A stretch of DNA of 64,000 nucleotides. Origin: Mobula hypostoma (taxonomy: Eukaryota). Shown here one piece after another: positions 12,111-25,135 of this stretch (position 1 is its first letter; every line of letters begins with the position of its first letter). A program made the position numbers and the translations under genes. Below the pieces are notes generated by a model that saw nothing but the letters and a program-made list of their open reading frames with translations, was not told where the DNA came from and did not search any database. The DNA is taken from the NCBI RefSeq assembly GCF_963921235.1, contig NC_086097.1, positions 203,486,001-203,550,000 of the forward strand, written 5' to 3'.

Positions 12111-13006
12111 AAGGTAAATACAAGCATGCTTTTTGCACTGAGATGGGCGAAAGTAGAACCAGAGATCCTGGTTAAAGGTGAAGGGTAAAATGTTTAAGGG
12201 GAACGTAAAGGGGATGTCAGAGGGTGGTGCAAGTGTGGAACAAGCTGCAAATGGAAATAGTAGTTACGGGTTTGATTTCAACATTTAAGAGAAGCTTGGA
12301 TAAGTACATGGATGGGAGGGCCATGGTCCAGGTGCAGGTAGATGGGACTGAGCAGAATATTAGTTTGCATGAACTAAATGGGCTGAAGCCTGCTCTGTGC
12401 TGTAGTACTCTATGATGCTATGAGGGGAAAATGAAGAGCACATTGCTTCCATCTATTTTGCTTAGAGACAACTAGAAATAGGCGGCACTATTCCTCCCTG
12501 ACAGGGAATACACCAGAAAGTGATTTAAAAAAAAACCTGGAGTCCTAATAGCAGGGAAGGCCAGTCTATTTCTTGCTACCATCTTCTTGATCTACACTGT
12601 TACTATATATATGTAGATGGAATGAAATCTTGCTTATGGCACACACACACTTTGAATTAGATCCATTGTATCTGTGACTTGTGCAGCCTGCTGATGAACC
12701 ATAGATGGATGACATTGTGACCTGCTTTACTGAGGCAACCAACTCCTCTTGATAAGGTCAGGAGTCAGTTTGATCCTTGGGTTGACACTGAAACACTCTC
12801 AGAATAACACAGAAGAGAAGGCTTTGAAAACCCTGCTTGTTTTTATGTTTGCATTTGTGCTTCGCTGACACTGCAAAGTCCAGTGGAAAGCAATACAGAG
12901 AACAGCTGCTTTTCGAATAATCTTGTCTGTTCAGATTAAGGGGAGGAAAAGGTCTAAAAACTGATGAATTATGGAGCTGTTGCTGGTACTGGCTGAACAA
13001 GCTCAC

Positions 13007-13175
13007 TTTGATTGAAGCCTTGCTTTTATTTGGCTCACAGTTATTTAACAGAGGCATAGAGTATTCCAGACCAATAGTTCAGATGAAGTCAGCCTATTCT
13101 TTTGCCTTTTCTTTTGAGTGGTTGGATCTGTGCCTCAGCCCAGATGAATTGTAGGGTTTTCCTACTATTTTCTTT
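13007..13175 (-). pseudogene. Candidate pseudo-exon
   Basis: Acceptor ttttttttatcacag and donor gtgagc; stops in the frames examined; frame uncertain. Confidence 0.4.
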
Positions 13176-13435
13176 CTGTGATAAAAAAAACTGTGTGGAG
13201 GCTGCAGAAAAACACTAGTATTTCACCAACAAATATATATATTACCTCGACATATTTCCCCAGGGAAACCATAACACCTACTGTCCTCCCATGCAAGAGT
13301 GAAAACAATTTAAATGTATTAAACCTTACTCCTGGGTCGTGGTGAGATCTCCTCTCCAATGGTGAGACCAACATCAGCTTTACTGAGCACCTGTCTTCAT
13401 CAATATGAATGTGATCCTAAGCTTTCACCAGCTAT

Positions 13436-13630
13436 ACAGAACAGAAATAGGCCATTCTGTCTATCACGTCTGTTTTGGTCACCAGGTCCCCAGCTATACT
13501 CATCCTACTCAGTTCAAAAGCCTTCTAAACCCTAGTATTTCAAGTGCACATCTAAATATCTTTTAAGTGTTGTGAGAATGTCTGTCGCAACTTACCTCTC
13601 AGACAGTAGCTTCCAGATTTCAACCCTCTC
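13436..13630 (-). mobile_element. Old CR1 3'-end remnant (a short PLE GIY-YIG remnant lies just upstream at ~13325-13400)
   Basis: ACAGAAATAGGCCATTC…AGACAGTAGCTTCCAGATTTCAACC matches the CR1 tails elsewhere in the window. Confidence 0.55.
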
Positions 13631-13647
13631 TCGCTCCACCTCCCATT

Positions 13648-14190
13648 CTAACCAATTTTACGGGAGCACCATTGAGAGCATCCTGACCTGCTACAACACC
13701 ATTTGGTAAGGGAACTGCAAGGCATCCGACCACATGACCCTACAAATGATTGCAAAGATTGCTGAGAAGATCATTGGAGACCCTCTTCCACCCATCAGAG
13801 ATATTTAACAGGAGCACTGCATACACAGGGTTCATAGCATTGTCAATGATCCCTCCCATCTGTCCAACAATCTTTGTCGCCATACCATCAGGCAGGAGGT
13901 ACCATAGCACTAGGACAAGAACTGTTAGGATTGGAAACAGCTTCTTCCCCCAGTCCATGAAACTACTAAACTCCCTGCACCACCCAAGTCTCATCACGTA
14001 TTAAGTGCCAGTAGCATTATACTGTTTACTTGTTGTGTTGTCATAAATGCACCTTATTATTTGTTTATTTATGATAACATTACATTATGTACTTTGTGTG
14101 AGTTACATATATGTACTGTGATATGCAGCTTGGTCCATAAGAACGTTGTCTCATTGTACATGTATATGGTTGAATGACGTTAAACTGAAT
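13648..14190 (+). mobile_element. Rex1/Babar 3' fragment
   Basis: TIESIL…; PSGRRYHSTRTRTVRIGNSFFPQSMKLLN. Confidence 0.85.
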
Positions 14191-14306
14191 CCGTAGTTCC
14201 AGACTTTTGGACAGCAGATGTTGTCATTTACAGTTCTTCCCATTTCATTTTCTGTCCCCTTACATACCCCATGAGTTTCATATTTTGCCTTACAGCATAA
14301 TATTAC

Positions 14307-14550
14307 CTTGCCCAGAATTTAGGGCTGGGGGTCTCTGATTACATTTGTTTTGTGATGTGATGTGCTTTTCAAATCATTTCTGGGTTCATCTGCTCTCTTG
14401 ACTGTGAAGCAGTTTGTTGATGCTCTAAGTTGAGTCCAACCATCCCACCTCAAATGTGGGTCATCTTTAAGTCCAGATTTAAGCTCAGAGGATCCATGGT
14501 GGGACAAGTCTGATGTCGGATGGTTGCAGTCACCTTGGAACATCAATATC
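14307..14550 (-). pseudogene. Candidate pseudo-exon (phase 2 to 0)
   Basis: ILMFQGDCNHPTSDL…LRWDGWTQLRAS…DPQP*ILGK; donor AAG|gtaata; one stop. Confidence 0.55.
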
Positions 14551-14885
14551 CTGATATTCAGATTCATAAACTAGCGTAGGGACAAATAAACCAGGAATTA
14601 TTGGCATGGCAGAGCAAAACTGGAGATATTTCCATTAAAGTGAAAAGCCAGATGTCATAAATTGTGCAGAATAGACTGCTGGGTATAAATGCAGCTAAAG
14701 TATGCTCAGATATGCTCAAGTCCAAGAGATTGACAATATAATGCAAATGCTCAACTCAAATCAGTCATCAAATATATTTAGAAAATGAATTAAACTAAAT
14801 CATCCTCTCAGTGTCCGAGAGGGTGATTTAATTTAAATATATTTTCTAAAACTGCTATGTTCTTAGGCTCAGAGGTTATATTGAC

Positions 14886-15068
14886 CTTGGAACTGTCAGC
14901 CATTTTGTCCCATGGACAGACAGCTCTGACTTGAAGTCCAAAGTCCACTCTTTACTAGAACTTGGAATTAGTTCTACCTCAGAGCACAGAGAATCTTTGA
15001 CCTGGGGTTTAGAGCACTTCTGTTCCAGGAATCTGGCAGCCAGTCTATCCTATGCCAATCGATTGATT
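14886..15068 (-). pseudogene. Candidate pseudo-exon (phase 2 to 2)
   Basis: Acceptor gattcttggtttttgtag; INRLA*DRLAARFLEQKCSKPQVKDSLCSEVELIPSSSKEWTLDFKSEL…. Confidence 0.6.
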
Positions 15069-15353
15069 CTACAAAAACCAAGAATCAGTCTTATAGCTCT
15101 GAATACTTTTTAACCTAGAACATGGGAAACACTATTTCCGATGCTCTGAGGCCATTCTGTATAGTGTCTGAGAGGATGATTTAGTTTATAGGCCAGAGGC
15201 AGTTCCTTTACAACAGGAAACCCACTCTGTCCAAAGATCCAGGTACCATTTTGTCCTGAATGTTGATTTGAATATGTAGTATCATGACAAAATGTATCAA
15301 TATCAACAAGAGAGGAGTTTGATAACATTCAGATTTGAGGGAAATTGGCTCAC

Positions 15354-15468
15354 GGTAAACAACAGCATCTTTTGAAGTCTCATAAACCAGCATTGAGAGC
15401 GTTACAAGAATCACCCCTTGTAATAATGATCAGGGAGGCAACTGTAGTTCTTTCTGGCCAACCAGAGT
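15354..15468 (-). pseudogene. Candidate pseudo-exon (115 bp)
   Basis: Acceptor tttccctttcaagtctgtttcatag and donor gtgagc; phase 1 to 2 fits both neighbours; a stop in every frame. Confidence 0.55.
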
Positions 15469-15606
15469 CTATGAAACAGACTTGAAAGGGAAATCTATAT
15501 CTATAATACAAAATTAGCATATTTGATCTCAGTAATACCTCATATCTGTTTGATAGTCTACAATGATACATCCTGCCCACGATATTACAAACAGAATAAA
15601 ACTATT

Positions 15607-15803
15607 CACACAAAAAATGCTGGTGAACGCAGCAGGCCAGGCAGCATCTATAGGAAGAGGTACAGTCGACGTTTTGGGCCGAGACCCTCTCAAACGTTGA
15701 CTGTACCTCTTCCTATAGATGCTGCCTGGCGTGCTGCGTTCACCAGCATTTTTTGTGTGTGTTGCTTGAATTTCCAGCCTTTGCAGATTTTCTCGTGTTT
15801 GCG
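15607..15803. mobile_element. Palindromic PLE terminal-repeat insertion
   Basis: Two inverted arms (…GCAGCATCTATAGGAAGAGGTACAGTC / GACTGTACCTCTTCCTATAGATGCTGC…) meeting inside the hammerhead region; approximate TSD TAAAACT(GT)ATTCA. Confidence 0.9.
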
Positions 15804-16863
15804 TTTTTAAAACTGTATTCAGGTAGGATTCTGACCATGTGGCATGAAACGTGAATGAAAATTCCTATTGTCTTCTTCCATTTATTTTTTTGCTGGAATT
15901 TTAAAAGTGTCAGCAGGAAATAAGAACACTTGACCCAAAATAAGTTCAGAACACATCCACTCATACATTTTGAATAATATATTGAATATGTTGAATATAT
16001 ATTAATTGAATTGTAATAACCTTAAAGACGTCAAAAATTGTGATAGAAGTTTATGAAATACAAGAGACTTGATAACGTTTCTGGTTGTGAAGCTTTCCCC
16101 ATGTTACTGATAGATTGCAGTAGATAGATTACATTATAGGAAAGGACAGGGCATTCTGAATGCCCTCAGGCAGTAGGAAGTAGGGTTATGGATTCCAGCA
16201 CCATAATGATTTAGCGATGTTTATTGAACACCTTGCTTTACACTGAGCAAACCTCAGCACTGGCTTTCTACAGGAACTAGAGCAAATGATTTATAGTAGC
16301 GGGACACTGCCAAGGGTGCAACTTCAGTGCATATATAGTGTAAAGTTTACTCTGAAGAGCACTGAGTTAATGAAACATTACTGATGATAGTAATTCAGCT
16401 CCTAAAACAAATGGGTTCAATGACATTTAGGCTGTTGCTCCCAGGAGTTATCACCATTCAGTATTTAATAAAAAATTAGTTGGTGGCACATTAACAGGAA
16501 ACATGATCATGTAAGCATCCTGCAGTGCATAAAAGACATTGTGAAAAGCAATCTCATGCCATGTAATGCCTTTAGGAGAGATGCAATAAATTAGTGATGC
16601 CATAAATTCTCTCTTGGATTTAGTGGGGTCGGTGGTATAGAAACATTCAGAAAGCTTTATTTTTTGGAAATGACAACTATTATGTTGACTTAAAAAAAAG
16701 GGGGTAACACAATGTCATTGTGACCTACACTGAAATGTGTTGTCTTTCTGGACATTCAAGTGACAGAAATAAAGCTTTTCAAACAAAGTCTCAAAAACCT
16801 AAGCAAACTATTTGAGTTCAGGGTCCTATTATATGTAAATGAAGCAGGTACTTGCTTTGTTAC

Positions 16864-16935
16864 CTAGTGTGACCCAGTCACTTCTTTTGTCCAGGAAGCA
16901 ATCCTGGTAGATTCTCTTTGGGTCAGGTTTGGATG
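16864..16935 (-). pseudogene. Candidate exon (72 bp, phase 1 to 1, no stop)
   Basis: Acceptor tattacattttcag and donor AG|gtaaca; SKPDPKRIYQDCFLDKRSDWVTL. Confidence 0.65.
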
Positions 16936-17066
16936 CTGAAAATGTAATACACATCTGATTTTGGACCTTTGATTATTAACACAGCTGATTTTTTTGGGGG
17001 GCCTTGAGAAATTCAAATTCAAATTACTTTCAAACTTATCTCTTCCTCTTTGTAGAACCAACTTAC

Positions 17067-17204
17067 AAACATCTGAAACACCCTAACATCTGAACAGGAA
17101 AAGCTTTTGCTCCCATTGGTTGGCCATTTCTGCAAAGACCCTGGCCAGGGCTTCTTTTAAAAGTGCACCTATTTGCTCAGGGCTATCTCATATATATATC
17201 CCCA
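17067..17204 (-). pseudogene. Candidate pseudo-exon (138 bp, phase 1 to 1)
   Basis: Acceptor aattttgtcag and donor gtaagt; GIYI*DSPEQIGALLKEALARVFAEMANQWEQKLFLFRC*GVSDV. Confidence 0.65.
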
Positions 17205-17723
17205 CTGACAAAATTATGGTCTGGATTTGCCTTTTAAATTGACTGACAAATTTCAATGACTTCAATGATCTCATAAAACTGAAATTTCTTTGTAAATAAA
17301 ATTCAGTATCTACTTTATATTCAGCAGAAGGTCAAATATTTTCAAACTGCTCAAAAGTAGCAACCTGAACTTCAAGTTTCAATAAAGAATCCAAAGCAAT
17401 AAAGGACATCAGCAGGTCAATGCACAGTGATCTGGAAGAGGCACAGGACCTGTCTGTTAGAATTCTGTTTTATGCAATTGTTCTCCGGTGAGTGGACAGA
17501 AAGTGGAATATCTCACATTTTGTAAGTGGATTTTTAATATTATCTACCTCCTATCCAACAATTCTATTTCTGAACTACATGAATAACTTCACCTAATAAA
17601 TCCTTCCTGAACTTCATGGTAACTAGATATTCACATATACTCTACCAGGAAGGAAAGTTTTCAAAAATGTGACTGCCAATGTTATCAACCTAGGAGAGGT
17701 ATCAATTACTGTCAAGAACGAAC

Positions 17724-18081
17724 CCTTAGTCTCCACAAGAACCTAATGCTGATAAGAACCTCATGCCCCTTTGGGTCTTTGCCAGATCTTCTTTCCAATT
17801 GTTAGTACTTTGTGGCACCTCTCCAGCATTCTGGGCCCACACGAACATGAATGCTGCTGACATGGCTTTGTAGGGACAACCTGAGCATGCAAGCAACCCC
17901 AAACTCTCCCGTAGTTTAGGACAACATCTGTAGATAGCCAGACTTCCAGCTCTGCTACATTGCTGTGGTGAAGCAGGAACTGGGACTTTTGGTTCCAAGC
18001 TGTTATAATCTATATCATCTGTTTCACAAGAATGGTTTGAGGCCTTCAGCTTCACTTGTGTGTAATAACAGCCTGTAGCCC
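17724..18081 (-). pseudogene. Candidate pseudo-exon
   Basis: Acceptor ctacttgtag; lies in the 154-aa open frame 17726-18190 (…ETDDIDYNSLEPKVP…NWKEDLAKTQRGMRFLSAL); donor weak. Confidence 0.45.
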
Positions 18082-18209
18082 CTACAAGTAGTGACTTACA
18101 GAAATTTAGTAATATGCATTTGCAACCCTTTATAAAATTTTGCTGAGGTAACTTTGGTAGATTTGCTCCCTGCCTTTGGCTTGAAGCCAAAATGTGGGGA
18201 ATTTATGAA

Positions 18210-18397
18210 AGCTAGGATGTGAAACAGGTATTTGAATATTTTTAGGATAGGGTCGGATAGATCTTTGAAAGCAAGAAGGTGAAAGGAGGTAGGTGGAAAT
18301 GTGGAATTGAGAGTGAGGTTAAAGTCAGGTCAGCCATAATAATGGAACAGGTCTGAGGGACAGATTTTACATCTAGTTTTTATCTTTGTATGTTCCT
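18210..18397 (+). mobile_element. Old CR1 3'-end remnant
   Basis: GATAGATCTTTG…GGTCAGCCAT…TTTGTATGTTCC resembles CR1 tails. Confidence 0.5.
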
Positions 18398-19027
18398 AGA
18401 GTATATCCCTTTACATTACAAGCAAAGTAACAAAGTAATGGGATTTACTCTTTGCTGCATTGAGTCTGTTTAGTGATGGTTGTGGGCACAGGTTGATGGT
18501 ATCACTAGGGTGTGTCCTTTGTTGGATAAACTTCAGATGTGGAAATGTGAAGAGGGTACACTAATGCCTGGTACAATTTTCTGAAGAGTACTCTTTCACC
18601 TTGGGATATTTGTTTGCGTGATCTGTTCCAGGCTAAGTTGGATTTTTTGCATGAATTGAGCATAAAATGCCTGGTGCTGTGTGATCTAATGCTAGGCATG
18701 TCAGTTGTAAATTGCATTGTCTGCCTCAAGAAAAGTCATGACTACTATGACTACTTCAAGATGTTCAGTTGTGTTTTGTTCAGCAGATGATCAGGACTGT
18801 GAATCCCACGACTGTCTGTTTGAATCCCATTGCCACAGCTGAGCCAGTTTTGTTAGTACTCAGCTCTGCTGTTATGTGAGATGCTTCTGACAGCAAAGCG
18901 TTCCACCTCAAGGACAGAAAGCCATAACACTTCATTTTCTCTTACTTCAATAATCTTTTTTTGGTTAAGCACAGAGTGACATTGATGGTTGTCACGGAAA
19001 TGTTGCTTGGTAGAATGCCTCATTATA

Positions 19028-20440
19028 ATAATATAAAAGAGGATACCAGAAGTTTTTTTGAGATATATAAAAAGTAAAAGAGAGGCAAGAGTGGATATAG
19101 GTCTGCTGGAAAATGACACTGGAGAGGTAGTAAAGGAGGATAAAGAAATGCTGGACAAACTGAATAATGATTTTGCATCAGCCTTCACTGCATTATGCCA
19201 AAAAATTGAAATGTCAGGGGAAAATAAGTGAGTGTGTTTGCTATTACTAAGGAGAAGGTACTTGGGAAGCTGAAAGGTCTGAAGTTGGATGAGTCACCTG
19301 GACCAGATGGACTGCACCCCAGGGTTCTGAAAGAGATAGTTAACCCAATTGTGGAGGCATTAGTAGTGATCTTACTAGAATCACTAGACTCTGTAATGGC
19401 TCCAGAGGACTGGAGCATTGCAAATGTCACTCCACTCTTTAAGAAAGAAGTGAGGGAGAAGGAAATAATGAATTAGTCTGTTGGAATTCTTTGAGGAAAT
19501 AAGAGGCTGGATAGGCAAAGAAATGGATGTTGTTTACTTGGATTTTGAGAAAGCCTGTGACAAGCTGCCACACATAAGTAAGATAAAATGGTATTATGGG
19601 AAAGATACTAGCATAGACAGAAGATAGGCTGAATGCCAGAAGGCTAAGTGTGTGAATAAAGAGGGTCTTTGCTGGTTGGCTGCTGGAGACTACTGGTGTT
19701 CTGCAGGGGTTGGTGTTGGGTCTGCTACTTTTCACATTATATGACAGAATTGATGGCTTTGTGGCCAGGTTTGTGGATAATACAAAGATAGGTGGAGAGG
19801 CAGGTAGTTCTCAATACTCCAGATGTGGCCTGACCAGAGTTTTATGAAGTTGCAATATGATTTCTTGTCTCCAACCTGTGGAGGGCCATGGTTCCGGTGC
19901 AGGTCAATGGAAGCAGGCAGTTTAAATGGTTTGGCACAGACTAGATGGGCCAAAGGGCCTATTTCTGTGCTGTACTTTTCTAAGACTCCATGACTCCAGT
20001 GTTTGATAGCTCTAGACCTGTATTGCTTGGAGTTTAGAAGAGTGAGGGAGGATTTCAATAAATCTTACCAAATATTGAAAGGTCTAGAGAGAGTGGAAAT
20101 GGAGAGGTTATTTCTGATTTTGGAAGAGCCTAGGACCAGAGGGCACAGCCTAAGAATAGAAGGATGTTGTCCCTTTAGAAAAGTGATGAGGAAAAATTTC
20201 TTTAACAGAGGGTGGTAAACCCGTGAAATTTATTGCCGCAGATGGCTGTAGAGGTCAAGTCATTGTTATATTTAAATCAGAGGTTGATAGGTTCTTGATT
20301 AGTAAGGGTGTCAAATGTCCTGGGGAGAAGGCAAGAGAGTTGGGCTGAAAGGAAAAATAAATCAGCTATGACAAAATGGTGGAGCAGACTTGATGGTCTG
20401 AATGGCTTAATTCTGCACGTTTGTCTTACGGTCTTATGGT
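19028..20440 (+). mobile_element. Mosaic of CR1 fragments (ORF2 with deletions, a short inverted piece at ~19810-19870, two 3' ends)
   Basis: DESPGPDGLHPRVLKE…WSIANVTPLFKK; tails CTAAGACTCCATGACTC and GTCTTACGGTCTTATGGT. Confidence 0.85.
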
Positions 20441-20489
20441 TTTGTCCCACTTGAAGATCACATTAAAGTGAGGGCTTTTCCTATCATAG

Positions 20490-20716
20490 ACTGGGCTGCA
20501 TCCACCTCTTTTTGTAGACTTTTCTGTTCTTGGGCATTGGAGTTTCCATAGCAGGCCATGATGCAATCAGTCAGGATACTCTCCAACTGCACATCTGTAG
20601 AGATCGTCAAAGATTTAGATGACGTGCCGAATCAGTGCAAACTTCTAAGAAGGTAGAGTTGCTGCTGTTCCTCTTTGAAATTCCTTTATGTGCTGGTCCC
20701 AGGACAGATCCTCTGA
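20490..20716 (-). mobile_element. Rex1/Babar fragment
   Basis: Reverse strand encodes remnants of QLYLLRSL…ESILTDCIMACYG. Confidence 0.7.
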
Positions 20717-22139
20717 TTATAAAGCTGAAATCATGCTTTCTGGTTCTGCTTAATCAACTTAGTTATACGTACTTATGGCCACCCAAATTACTGATAATGC
20801 ATGTGGAATAAATCAAACAACTTCTTAAAATAATATCTTGCAACACTTTGCAAGTTATTATTCCAGGAAGTGAATAATAACTTTGATGTTAATTATTTAA
20901 TTGTTTGAGATAATAGCTTATTTTTCTCATCTGTTCCTTCCCAACAAAATGTGTTTCATATATCTTTCATTCTATCCACTTTGCAGTCCTTCCATTGCCT
21001 GACTTACATACATTCAATCTCTACTGTATAGTTGCTGTGTTCATTCTAGTATGTGACTTAGACCGATTGCTATGCTGTATGTCTTTACAACGTGGGTCTC
21101 AGCAGTTCAATCGAGCTTTAGCCATTCAAAAAGCAAAGCAGGCTAAAAGCAGCAACATATTTCTTGAGGATTTTGTAAACACAGATTCAGCCTTATTGGT
21201 CTCCCATCCACAATTCTACCTGGGTATTGGTATCCTGTGACTGCCATTTTTGTCTGATGATAAATAATTTTGACTGACTTTTTAACAGATCCTTTATTAA
21301 TGTGAACAACCTTATAGACATACTTCATGATGTTTTGAGCAAAAGTTCAAACCAAAACTAGAGACACTTGTCAATTTATTTTTGTTTGTTTTCTTTAGTA
21401 TAAATGTTAATTCACATCATTAAAAAATAAGTAAATTAAATTCACAACTCTCTTGGCAAATCAGTGAGAATAGAGCTGCCATCAGACAGCAAGTCAATGT
21501 GACAGTTGCCATTTGCAGAACCATATGCAGCATTTTTATGACATCATTTCTGCGGGTTTATCAAGAAATATTTTGCAGTTAATGAGGGGGAAATCTATGT
21601 CATGTAATGGAAAACAGATATTTCCTTTTTAAAGTCATACAGACACCAATTTGGCTGTTTTCATACAGTATATATTATGTGAATCAGGAAAACATTTGGA
21701 ACTTAGAACAAGTTTCAGTACCAGATGTAAAGGCAAAATGTCAGTGAACACACATGGCATTTAGTGAGGGCAACCACAGCTTCTATTAGGAACAGAAGGC
21801 ACATTTGTTGACATTATGGCTACTGCCTTATTGGTATTTATCTTCAAGCTATTTAACTCATGCAATTAAAATGAGTTCTGTTCATTCCAACCATCCCAAG
21901 CCAATGTTTTGGTACATTGACCAGGAAGCTGATTTGTTTCTCAGTGTGACCTGTGTGTGCCAGAAACAATTCTCACAGAGCTATAGGTCCAGGTAACAAT
22001 GGTCTTGTTCTTTAATCACTCGAGGCCAGTGAGCAGCGGGCACCTGCTGGATCACCACAGAGAGCTCATCTGAGCAGGCTGTTCAAGTTCTTGCCCACTG
22101 CATCATTGACTGCAGCTCACAGAAAGGTAGAGGAACAGT

Positions 22140-22229
22140 CACAATATGCTGGAGGAACTCAGCAGGTCGGGCAGCATCCGTGGAAACGATCAGTCAACGT
22201 TTCGGGCCGGAACCCTTTGTCAGGACTGA
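22140..22229 (-). mobile_element. PLE terminal-repeat fragment with a mutated hammerhead
   Basis: Reverse strand AGTC-CTGACAA-AGGGTTCCGGCCC-GAAAC-GTT-GACT followed by GATGCTGCCCGACCTGCTGAGTTCCTCCAGCAT. Confidence 0.8.
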
Positions 22230-23132
22230 TTGGTGGGTGATCCAGGGAGAACAGAACCAGCGACTGACATGGTGATAGAGAGAGGCAGGGAGGTAATCAG
22301 GAATTGGGAAGTATGCAAAGTGGGACTGGCAGTGATCTGTGAAACCAAAGTGAATCCTGATGGGTCAGCCCTGGCTGTCTTGTTCCAAAGTCATCAAAAG
22401 AAATGGTGGTGCCATAAGTCAATCATGTTTTAATGGATGTAATTAACTGTGCATTCAGAGCAAAGCAGCTTTGCATTGGAGATGCCAAATAGGCATTTGA
22501 ATCTATTCTACTTACATATGCAAGTAGTCTAATGCCTTTTTAGTAGGTGTGCACTTTGGACTGTCTCTCTGCCAATGGGGTGATGTCCCTTCATCCCAAT
22601 GAGAGCATCATTCCTGTCTGAAATGTTTAGATTCAGGTCACTTGTTCAAAACATACCAGTGAAATGCATTGTTTGTGTTAACACCCAACACACCAAACGA
22701 TGGGCTGGGGGCAGCCTGCAACTGTTGCCACACATTCTGGCACCAGCCTAGCATGCCCATTATGTTTGGCCGGAAAAACACAGCCAGCAACAACAAACAA
22801 AACAACAGCAGTGACACAAGCCCCTTTCACACCCTCCCACACACTCACACATCCAGGCAGGCCTCCAGTCTCAAGACAGATCACCACTGGGCCTCCAGTC
22901 CTTGGCCCCAGACTCTTAGGCTCACAGACAGCAGGCCTCCGATATCCAGTCTCTGCACGGATTTGCAGACCCCCGGACATTGGGACTCTGCCCTCTTGAC
23001 AAGTTGCCCAAGGGGGCCTTTTGGCCTCTATCTCTGGACTCACTGACTTCGGTCTTTGATCTTTGGGCTTTGACTTCTGACTCACCAGCCTCTGGACCAG
23101 TTTTTGGCTAGTCTAACATCAGATAACATCAG

Positions 23133-23522
23133 ATGATGGTGGTGTCTGAAAAGAGGATGCTGTCCAAGTTGCATGCCATCTTGGACAATGTCTCCCATCC
23201 ATTACATAATGTACTGGTTGGGCACAGGAGTACATTCAGCCAGAGACTCATTCCACCGAGATGCAACAGTGAGCGTCATAGGAAGTCATTCCTGCCTGTG
23301 GCCATCAAACTTTACAACCCCTCCCTTGGAAGGTCAGACACTCTGAGCCAATAGGCTGGTTCTGGACTTATTTCCATCTGGCATAACTTACATATTATTA
23401 TTTAATTATTTATGGTTTTATATTGCTATATTTATACTCTATTCTCGGTTGGTGCAACTGTAACGAAACCCAATTTCCCTCGGGATCAATAAAGTATGTC
23501 TGTCTATCTATCTATCTATCTA
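23133..23522 (+). mobile_element. Rex1 3' end
   Basis: RMLSKLHAILDNVSHPLH…RHRKSFLPVAIKLYN; tail GGGATCAATAAAGTATGTCTGT(CTAT)n. Confidence 0.88.
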
Positions 23523-24063
23523 TATCACATGTCTCATTTTAGACATGTGGAATCCAGTAAGGGATTTTTTTTATGCAACTACATCCACTAATTTGACAAG
23601 CTTTACCACCAAATATGATTTGTTGGCCAGAAGAAACTGCAGCCTGATCAAGGACAGGGGAAGCAGACAAGCCAGTTGTCTTAGTTTCCCCCATTTTGTG
23701 GATTCTGAACAGTTTCTTGCTCTTGGATAATCTAATCAGAGCAACTGAATATGGACACAGGAAGTTTCAGGTAATGATCTGCTAAACTTGAGACCATTGT
23801 CAAACAAATAGCCATTTGTTATGTAAAGGAAATGGACTCTGAACTGATTCTTACTCTGGGACAATCTAAGCAGAGCGATATACCTGAGGCCATTCTCAGA
23901 GGAGTAGCTACTTGTTATGTAAAATGCCAGACCTGCAATCGGTAATCTCATTTGACTCTGTCTGGGTTGCCTCATTTAACTGGTTTGGACCAGTCAGAGT
24001 GTAAAGGCATAAATACAAAAGTCTGGGGTGGCAGAGCCATGAAACAACGTTGGATGTAGCCTC

Positions 24064-24456
24064 TGTATAATGACCAGTAAGTAGGTGACCCAGGTAGGTC
24101 AGGTGACCTTGAGCCAATGGGATGGAGATCCAATGGTTCAATTGATGAGGAACAGTATAAGACTCAGGAGCTCCAAATACGCAGGGGCGTTAACTCTCCA
24201 GCAGCCAGAGACCAACCATCGCAGATAAGGAGGACCCCACGGACATGTGGAGATCGGGACCATGAGGAAAGCCTGGCCAGCATAGACTCCTTTCCTGGGT
24301 AATATCCTTTTATCTTCATTGACTGTTCATGGAGAGTCAGGGATTCTAGTAGGGTGCACACAGATGTTTGTTAACCCACGTGCTTTTTTGGTTGAAATGG
24401 TGGGGGTTGCTTGTCAGTGTATGTGGATTTTCTGTGCCCCACTGGTCATTGTTACA
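24064..24456 (+). mobile_element. Putative solo LTR (393 bp)
   Basis: Terminal inverted repeat TGTATAATGACCAGT…ACTGGTCATTGTTACA, two CCAAT boxes then TATAAG at ~24156; no TSD visible. Confidence 0.45.
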
Positions 24457-24920
24457 GGGATTGATTCTTGTAGCAGACTGATTGTTTATGTGAGACAGAA
24501 GCTATTAATGTGGGAAGTGGAGCTGCAGCTGGAATTCCCACTTCCTGGTTTTTGGCCAGTTGATAATGAGGACAATAAGGAAAGGACAAGGAGAATGAAG
24601 CCTATTACTTGGGAAGATGGGTATCTTGTCTTGCTGCAGCCCCTGTGAGGCCTGTGAACCTGAATCAGTAGGATTTCCTCACAAATCATTTCAGAACTGC
24701 TATCTAAAATTGCTTGAAGCCTGCCTGGATTTTGGTACCTGGGATCTAATGATGTTGTAAGAATTCAGTCCCATCTTAAATGGGTGTACTGTCAGATTCC
24801 TGGTTCTGCTGCAGCCACCCATTCAAATGGACTTGAATGTAACCATGGTGACAATACTCCAGGTGCCCACTTGCAGGAATCTTCTTTTACTTGCTCTAGT
24901 TGGGATGGTTGAAAGTTCAC

Positions 24921-25135
24921 CATATGTTTCAGAAATCTGAGATCAAGGGAAACAAATCATAAAATATTCTCCATTCTGTGTGATAGTTGTCCTTTTTGAT
25001 TTTATACAGTGAAATGAGTTGCCTTGTTATTAGTTTTCTATAAGGTATCAGGCTTTGGCTAATCAATTCCCTTGGTAAAAGGTGCACAACCAACATATTA
25101 CCATTATCAGTGAATTTTGAAATAAACTGCAATCC
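24921..25135 (-). pseudogene. Candidate pseudo-exon (215 bp, phase 0 to 2)
   Basis: Acceptor ttcctgtgacatag and donor gtgaac; GLQFISKFTDNGNMLVVHLLPRELISQSLIPYRKLITRQLISLYKIKKDNYHTEWRIFYDLFPLISDF*NIW. Confidence 0.65.

Larger units (their letters stand above)
8575..12421 (+). mobile_element. CR1 LINE ORF2 to 3' end, interrupted by a solo LTR and a PLE-derived insert
   Basis: RRAKRKHE…FCRYIKSKR; DKSPGP; QHGFVRG; GVPQRSVLG; tail TCTATGATGCTATG. Confidence 0.9.

Noticed and set aside
15354..16935. Vague RGS-domain resemblance (KRIYQDCFL…, RLWLARKNY)
   Set aside because: The motifs are in the wrong order and in incompatible frames; too weak to name the gene.
18449..23990. Further exon-like segments (~18449-18890, 21089-21255, 21977-22109, 23855-23930), and likewise 5561-5633, 38590-38670 and 47766-47924
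   Set aside because: Possibly part of the relic gene, but frames and splice sites are too ambiguous to list as features.
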